This document shows positions 60,336-64,000 of a stretch of DNA of 64,000 bases, one piece after another (within the stretch, counting starts at the first letter, position 1; the number at the start of each line of letters is the position of its first letter). The notes under the pieces are model-generated. The model was given only the letters and a program-made list of their open reading frames with translations. It did no database searches and had not been told where the DNA came from. A program made the position numbers and the translations under genes. Where the stretch lies: the IMG/VR virus record IMGVR_UViG_3300031920_000193. One strand, written 5' to 3'. Source of the stretch: a virus.

Positions 60336-60491
60336 TTATCTCCTGCCCCTTTTTGATCTTCTTCTTTGACTTGCATAAGTTTGATGTGTATGCTTTCTCG
60401 GAATAAAGATTGCTGAACCACCAGACATTTCAATAATTGGTCTGTAATACATTCTACTCATTGCTGAAATTGCTTCAATAATTCTTCTCAT
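60336..60491 (-). CDS. 51-aa Arg-rich peptide (cassette gene, below track cut-off)
   Basis: MRRIIEAISAMSRMYYRPIIEMSGGSAIFIPRKHTHQTYASQRRRSKRGRR; leader and promoter. Confidence 0.7.
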   Translation of the reverse strand: MRRIIEAISAMSRMYYRPIIEMSGGSAIFIPRKHTHQTYASQRRRSKRGRR

Positions 60492-60527
60492 GATTTTGCG
60501 TTTTTAAGTTTATACTCTTTATATTAT

Positions 60528-60570
60528 TATACGACAAAACCCTCAAAAGGTTACAACCTAATGAGGGTTT
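60528..60570 (-). promoter_or_regulatory. cassette promoter embedded in stem-loop
   Basis: boxes 60528-33 and 60550-55; IR 60537-45/60562-70. Confidence 0.8.
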
Positions 60571-60599
60571 CTATCAACCTACATCAAAAATCCCCAAAC

Positions 60600-60764
60600 C
60601 TAATATTGATTTAACCATTCAATATAGCTACCAACTAAAAATGGTTTTTTAATACGATTTTTCATTCCCTTTATTTTTTTGAATACTTTAACACCGGAAC
60701 TGAAATTCTTATTCTTTTCATCTTTGAATTTGTTAGCTTCTTTTCTTGTTTTAAAATGTCTCAT
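60600..60764 (-). CDS. 54-aa Lys-rich peptide (cassette gene, below track cut-off)
   Basis: MRHFKTRKEANKFKDEKNKNFSSGVKVFKKIKGMKNRIKKPFLVGSYIEWLNQY; leader and promoter. Confidence 0.7.
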   Translation of the reverse strand: MRHFKTRKEANKFKDEKNKNFSSGVKVFKKIKGMKNRIKKPFLVGSYIEWLNQY

Positions 60765-60801
60765 GATAATATGATTTGCGTTTATACTGTCTCTACTTTA
60801 G

Positions 60802-60848
60802 TATACGAAAATATCCCCAAAAGGTTACAACCTAATGAGGATATTTTT
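60802..60848 (-). promoter_or_regulatory. cassette promoter embedded in stem-loop
   Basis: boxes 60802-07 and 60824-29. Confidence 0.8.
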
Positions 60849-60882
60849 CAAACGGACACCTAATATTTTTTTAATTAAAATT

Positions 60883-61131
60883 CTACTCACCTACTACGGC
60901 ATCACCTAAAAATGTAACTGATTCTAAATAACCCTTATATTCTTCTGAAAAATAAAGTTCAATAACCTCATTATCATCTTTAGGGATTGTTACTGCATCA
61001 TCAATTTCATGCCACCACTCACGACAAAAATTTGCCACTTGTTTATTAAGTCCTTCTTCTGTTCTTGATACATAAACATTATCACCGTGTCTATGTGATA
61101 TTGTTGCAACATATACTGTTATTTTTCTCAT
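60883..61131 (-). CDS. hypothetical protein (cassette gene)
   Basis: leader and promoter. Confidence 0.75.
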   Translation of the reverse strand: MRKITVYVATISHRHGDNVYVSRTEEGLNKQVANFCREWWHEIDDAVTIPKDDNEVIELYFSEEYKGYLESVTFLGDAVVGE

Positions 61132-61182
61132 AATTTTGCGTTTTTAATTTATACTATATATATATTTCTTTCTCTACTTTAG

Positions 61183-61227
61183 TATACGAAAATATCCTCA
61201 AAAGGTTACAACCTAATGAGGATATTT
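61183..61227 (-). promoter_or_regulatory. cassette promoter embedded in 11-bp stem-loop
   Basis: boxes 61183-88 and 61205-10; IR 61190-61200/61217-61227. Confidence 0.8.
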
Positions 61228-61249
61228 ATCAACCAAAATCAAAACAACA

Positions 61250-61480
61250 TTATGCTTTCTTTATTTCTTCAATGACCTTTTTTGCTGTTAATTTTTTCCA
61301 ATTTAAAATCTGACCTGTTTCAATGTCAATATCTAAATCAACATAATCACCACCCCCAAGATTAAGGTTCTGTGGAACATAACTATCACTTTCGACAATT
61401 ACATTATCATTTTCATCTACGTATTGAGTACAACAAAGGTCTGAACATTTTGCACTAATTGATAATACTTTTTTTCCCAT
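61250..61480 (-). CDS. hypothetical protein (cassette gene)
   Basis: AKCSDLC...YVPQNL..GGGDYVDLDIDIETGQILNWK motif. Confidence 0.8.
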   Translation of the reverse strand: MGKKVLSISAKCSDLCCTQYVDENDNVIVESDSYVPQNLNLGGGDYVDLDIDIETGQILNWKKLTAKKVIEEIKKA

Positions 61481-61511
61481 GATTTCTTGCGTTAAGTTTA
61501 TACTATCTTAA

Positions 61512-61539
61512 TATACGAACATTATACAATAAGGTTACA
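61512..61539 (-). promoter_or_regulatory. cassette promoter
   Basis: exact consensus. Confidence 0.8.
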
Positions 61540-61776
61540 TTATAATGTTAGTTTTTTCACTCATTAACTCACTTTTTAGGGGTTAGTGAATGGTTTCTCA
61601 CTCATTAGTTTTAATTAAGATTGTGTTATTTTTGTTCTCCTTGTGATTGCTACCCCTCTTCTTCTCGGTAGAAGTTTATTCTCAGTACCTTTTTTATTTT
61701 ATAGTACCTACTTTTATTCAAATCTCTTAAACTTCAATCTATTCAAACATTTTAAAGAACACTTTCTATATATTAG

Positions 61777-61804
61777 TATACGAATTTTGATCGAAAAGGT
61801 TACA
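61777..61804 (-). promoter_or_regulatory. cassette promoter with no downstream ORF
   Basis: exact consensus. Confidence 0.75.
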
Positions 61805-61805
61805 C

Positions 61806-62222
61806 TTAATATCTACATTTAGTAGTTCCCTCAGTTAAATTTTCTCTTTCCCCATCTGAAAGGTAATTAAGTAAAATATCCCTGCTCACATTATTTTTAA
61901 TTAATAATTCTAACACTTCGGATAATGCAGTAAAGTCCTGTGCATTAAAATCTCTTTCAATCTCATTTAATACACCATGTTCTAATGGCTTAAAGAATTC
62001 TTTATCTTCTTTGTATTTCCAGTACAATTTAAATACCTCCTTACAGGTCTCACACTTCGTATGTGATACTTCAATATCATTTTCTTCACCAACCCACTCA
62101 ATAATACTGAACACCTGTAAATGATGTCTTTGTTCATCAATGGATTGTTGTTCACAATTTTTACAATGTGGACAAGTTACAAATACATCTGTTAAGTCGT
62201 TATCAATATAAGATTTTTTCAT
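61806..62222 (-). CDS. Zn-ribbon protein (cassette gene)
   Basis: CPHC...CETC. Confidence 0.75.
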   Translation of the reverse strand: MKKSYIDNDLTDVFVTCPHCKNCEQQSIDEQRHHLQVFSIIEWVGEENDIEVSHTKCETCKEVFKLYWKYKEDKEFFKPLEHGVLNEIERDFNAQDFTALSEVLELLIKNNVSRDILLNYLSDGERENLTEGTTKCRY

Positions 62223-62253
62223 GATTTTGCGTTTTAAGTTTATACTACTTTAG

Positions 62254-62281
62254 TATACGGACATTGTTCAAAAAGGTTACA
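62254..62281 (-). promoter_or_regulatory. cassette promoter with CGGACATTGTTC site
   Basis: exact consensus. Confidence 0.8.
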
Positions 62282-62323
62282 AAAATTAAGCGGAATGTAT
62301 AAAATAATTACACATTCCGCTTA
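62282..62323 (-). terminator. intrinsic terminator abutting next promoter
   Basis: 12-bp IR taagcggaatgt/acattccgctta. Confidence 0.8.
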
Positions 62324-62335
62324 GTATATTTTTAA

Positions 62336-62734
62336 TTAAGATTTACTGATATAAGATATGACAACATTAAAACCATTTTCTATGTTTTCATAATCATAGT
62401 TTATGGTAATTTTATATTGTTGAGTATAGCTACTATTACCAACTATAAATTGAGTATCTTCAACACATATATTAACACATTCTTCTAATGTTTCTTCAAG
62501 AATTTTAATTAAATCATCATCAGATAAATCATCTTGAGATTTTTTACTCATAAATTTCTCAAACATTTCTTTAGAGCATCTTTCACTTTCATTTTCAAAA
62601 CCTAACTTTAGAGTATCTTCTCTAAAATATTCTTCATTCTCTGAAAAGTCGGAATCGTTATCAAATAATTCAACAAACATTTTTTCGTTAAATTCATTTA
62701 TATCAAACGTTATTACTTTTAAATTTACTTGCAT
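62336..62734 (-). CDS. acidic hypothetical protein
   Basis: ORF in cassette array. Confidence 0.7.
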   Translation of the reverse strand: MQVNLKVITFDINEFNEKMFVELFDNDSDFSENEEYFREDTLKLGFENESERCSKEMFEKFMSKKSQDDLSDDDLIKILEETLEECVNICVEDTQFIVGNSSYTQQYKITINYDYENIENGFNVVISYISKS

Positions 62735-62772
62735 AATATTTATTTTTGGTTTATATTTTTAATTAAGAATTA

Positions 62773-63357
62773 TTATTCTTCAATCTCAATAAGTTTACCA
62801 TCTTTCCCCTCAATAAATTGAAAGTCGTTTTCATCTTCCCACTCTGTCCAATATATACTATAATGATTGTAAGCAATATCAAACATCCTGTCCTCTGTGA
62901 TAGTCGGTAATTCATTTTTGAATTGTTCATCTTGTGCAATAATATCTTTGACGTGTTTAACAATGTCTTCATGTTTTTTGATGTAACTAATTGTTTTATG
63001 ATTTTCATCATACCAACCTGAATTCATTCCCTCACCTGTAATATCACATTTTCTTCCCCATTTTGTTCCCTCACCTGTATTACTCACCTCAATTAAGTGG
63101 TCAATAAGTGATATTAAATCAGTTATTGGTAAAACATCGTGTCCACAAACATAACCTTGATTATCAATTAAAGTACCTTTGCTAATTTCAGTTAAGTATC
63201 TACCACCATCAAGATTAAACATAAAATCATCTGCTTCAATCTTTAATACTTTCGTATTACTATATTTACTCTCAACCCCGTGAATATCAATAAGGTTTTG
63301 AAGTTCAGCAATTGCTTCAATAACTATTGCAATTAATTTATTAGTTAAATTTCTCAT
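62773..63357 (-). CDS. hypothetical protein (cassette gene)
   Basis: leader and promoter; RKCDITGEGMNSGWY motif. Confidence 0.75.
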   Translation of the reverse strand: MRNLTNKLIAIVIEAIAELQNLIDIHGVESKYSNTKVLKIEADDFMFNLDGGRYLTEISKGTLIDNQGYVCGHDVLPITDLISLIDHLIEVSNTGEGTKWGRKCDITGEGMNSGWYDENHKTISYIKKHEDIVKHVKDIIAQDEQFKNELPTITEDRMFDIAYNHYSIYWTEWEDENDFQFIEGKDGKLIEIEE

Positions 63358-63392
63358 GATTTTGCGTTTTAAGTTTATACTCTCTATATTAT

Positions 63393-63420
63393 TATACGGA
63401 CATTGTTCAAAAAGGTTACA
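63393..63420 (-). promoter_or_regulatory. cassette promoter with CGGACATTGTTC site
   Basis: exact consensus. Confidence 0.8.
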
Positions 63421-63473
63421 TAATAATCAGGTTAATCCTGACAATATTACTATGAAAGATTTTTAATTAATAA

Positions 63474-64000
63474 TTACGGACATTCTGTTAGTGCTGAACC
63501 TTCCCACTTGATTTCTTTACCAGTACCATCTAATAATTCATAACACTCATTTTCCATATCATCATTTGAAATATCAAGCGGTAACTCATAACCCCACTTT
63601 GTCATTTGTTCTCTGATTATTTTAACAACAACTTCCACTCTTTTAACACCTGACAATAAAGTATGACTTTCAATTAAACCACCTTCTAAAATAGTAATGA
63701 TTTCAACCTCAATAGATTTTTCAATCTCTGAACCACATTCTGCAACAATATCAACCCCAAAATAATTATCAGGATTACCAATACAAATATGCTCACTAAT
63801 TACAATTTCATCACTTGTATCAATTTCACCATCTTTTACACCATATAAACATACCGTTGGTTCTTGCTGTTTATCTTCTTGGTGAAAATTAACATCTTTT
63901 ACAATACCACTTGTCCACCAATTGGTTTTTTTATTGGTTAGGGTATTCCAAAAATCTCCAACATCACCATCATTTAAATTTAAAACAAACACTTCATTCT
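63474..64000 (-). CDS. hypothetical protein, 5'-truncated by window edge; C-terminal module shared with 55696-56169
   Basis: frame open to the window end; ends GKEIKWEGSALTECP. Confidence 0.7.
   Translation of the reverse strand, partial: NEVFVLNLNDGDVGDFWNTLTNKKTNWWTSGIVKDVNFHQEDKQQEPTVCLYGVKDGEIDTSDEIVISEHICIGNPDNYFGVDIVAECGSEIEKSIEVEIITILEGGLIESHTLLSGVKRVEVVVKIIREQMTKWGYELPLDISNDDMENECYELLDGTGKEIKWEGSALTECP

Larger units (their letters stand above)
57055..63470 (-). repeat. array of promoter-leader-ORF gene cassettes with dispersed conserved ~60-70-bp repeat
   Basis: consensus on - strand TGTAACCTTTTTGAACAATGTCCGTATACTAAAGTAGTATAAACTTAAAAACGCAAAATCATG; near-identical copies at 59126-59188, 62220-62281, 63355-63420 and 59962-60038. 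Confidence 0.9.

Noticed and set aside
57055-63470. CRISPR array
   Set aside because: Repeats are 300-1200 bp apart, degenerate, and separate whole ORFs; no cas genes and no fixed spacer length.
57055-63470. Integron attC cassette array
   Set aside because: GTTACA does not fit GTTRRRY, no paired RYYYAAC/GTTRRRY attC folds, no integrase in the window, and cassettes carry their own promoters.
1-64000. Stop-codon reassignment
   Set aside because: Known genes (rtcB, rIIA, rIIB, ligase) are full length in code 11; TAG and TGA end genes at tight junctions.
1-64000. Antisense or overlapping ORFs in the track (e.g. 45-227, 1341-1544, 2397-2639, 6976-7203, 10344-10556, 31902-32414, 44016-44231, 62763-63011)
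   Set aside because: They shadow better-supported genes, have biased F/I/L/S composition, and lack promoters or leaders.
1-64000. Diversity-generating retroelement, retron or tRNA genes
   Set aside because: No reverse transcriptase motifs, no TR/VR pair differing at adenines, and no cloverleaf/T-loop patterns seen.

Overview
A 64-kb, very AT-rich, gene-dense stretch that looks like the accessory/early region of a large (jumbo-type) lytic dsDNA phage. It uses the standard genetic code. Leaders are A-rich and lack Shine-Dalgarno sequences, which suggests a Bacteroidota host (inference). I found no virion, polymerase, tRNA or CRISPR features. Recognisable genes: MazG-like pyrophosphatase, SLOG/DUF2493, metallophosphoesterase, stand-alone ABC-type ATPase, RtcB, HAD phosphatase, HD hydrolase, ParB-like, HNH-type endonuclease, rIIA/rIIB, Rnl2-type RNA ligase, XRE HTH, UDG-like, DUF262 and two GP88-like Cys-cluster proteins (one frameshifted). 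Most other ORFs are small hypotheticals. The most interesting signals are non-coding. (1) About 25 copies of a strictly spaced TGTAAC-N16-CGTATA promoter. Thirteen of them lie in 57-63.5 kb and form an array of self-contained cassettes (promoter, AAACGCAAAA leader, ORF, TTAATTAA/hairpin). (2) One cassette has no ORF and instead encodes a structured RNA that displays the complement of the shared leader in a hairpin loop. (3) A ~370-nt structured RNA candidate with a hexamer-periodic tract follows a 314-aa coiled-coil gene at 7.8-8.1 kb. (4) A strand-polarised CGGACAWTGT motif is confined to 53.5-63.5 kb and begins in a 1-kb non-coding, origin- or terminus-like segment. All motif counts were made by eye.
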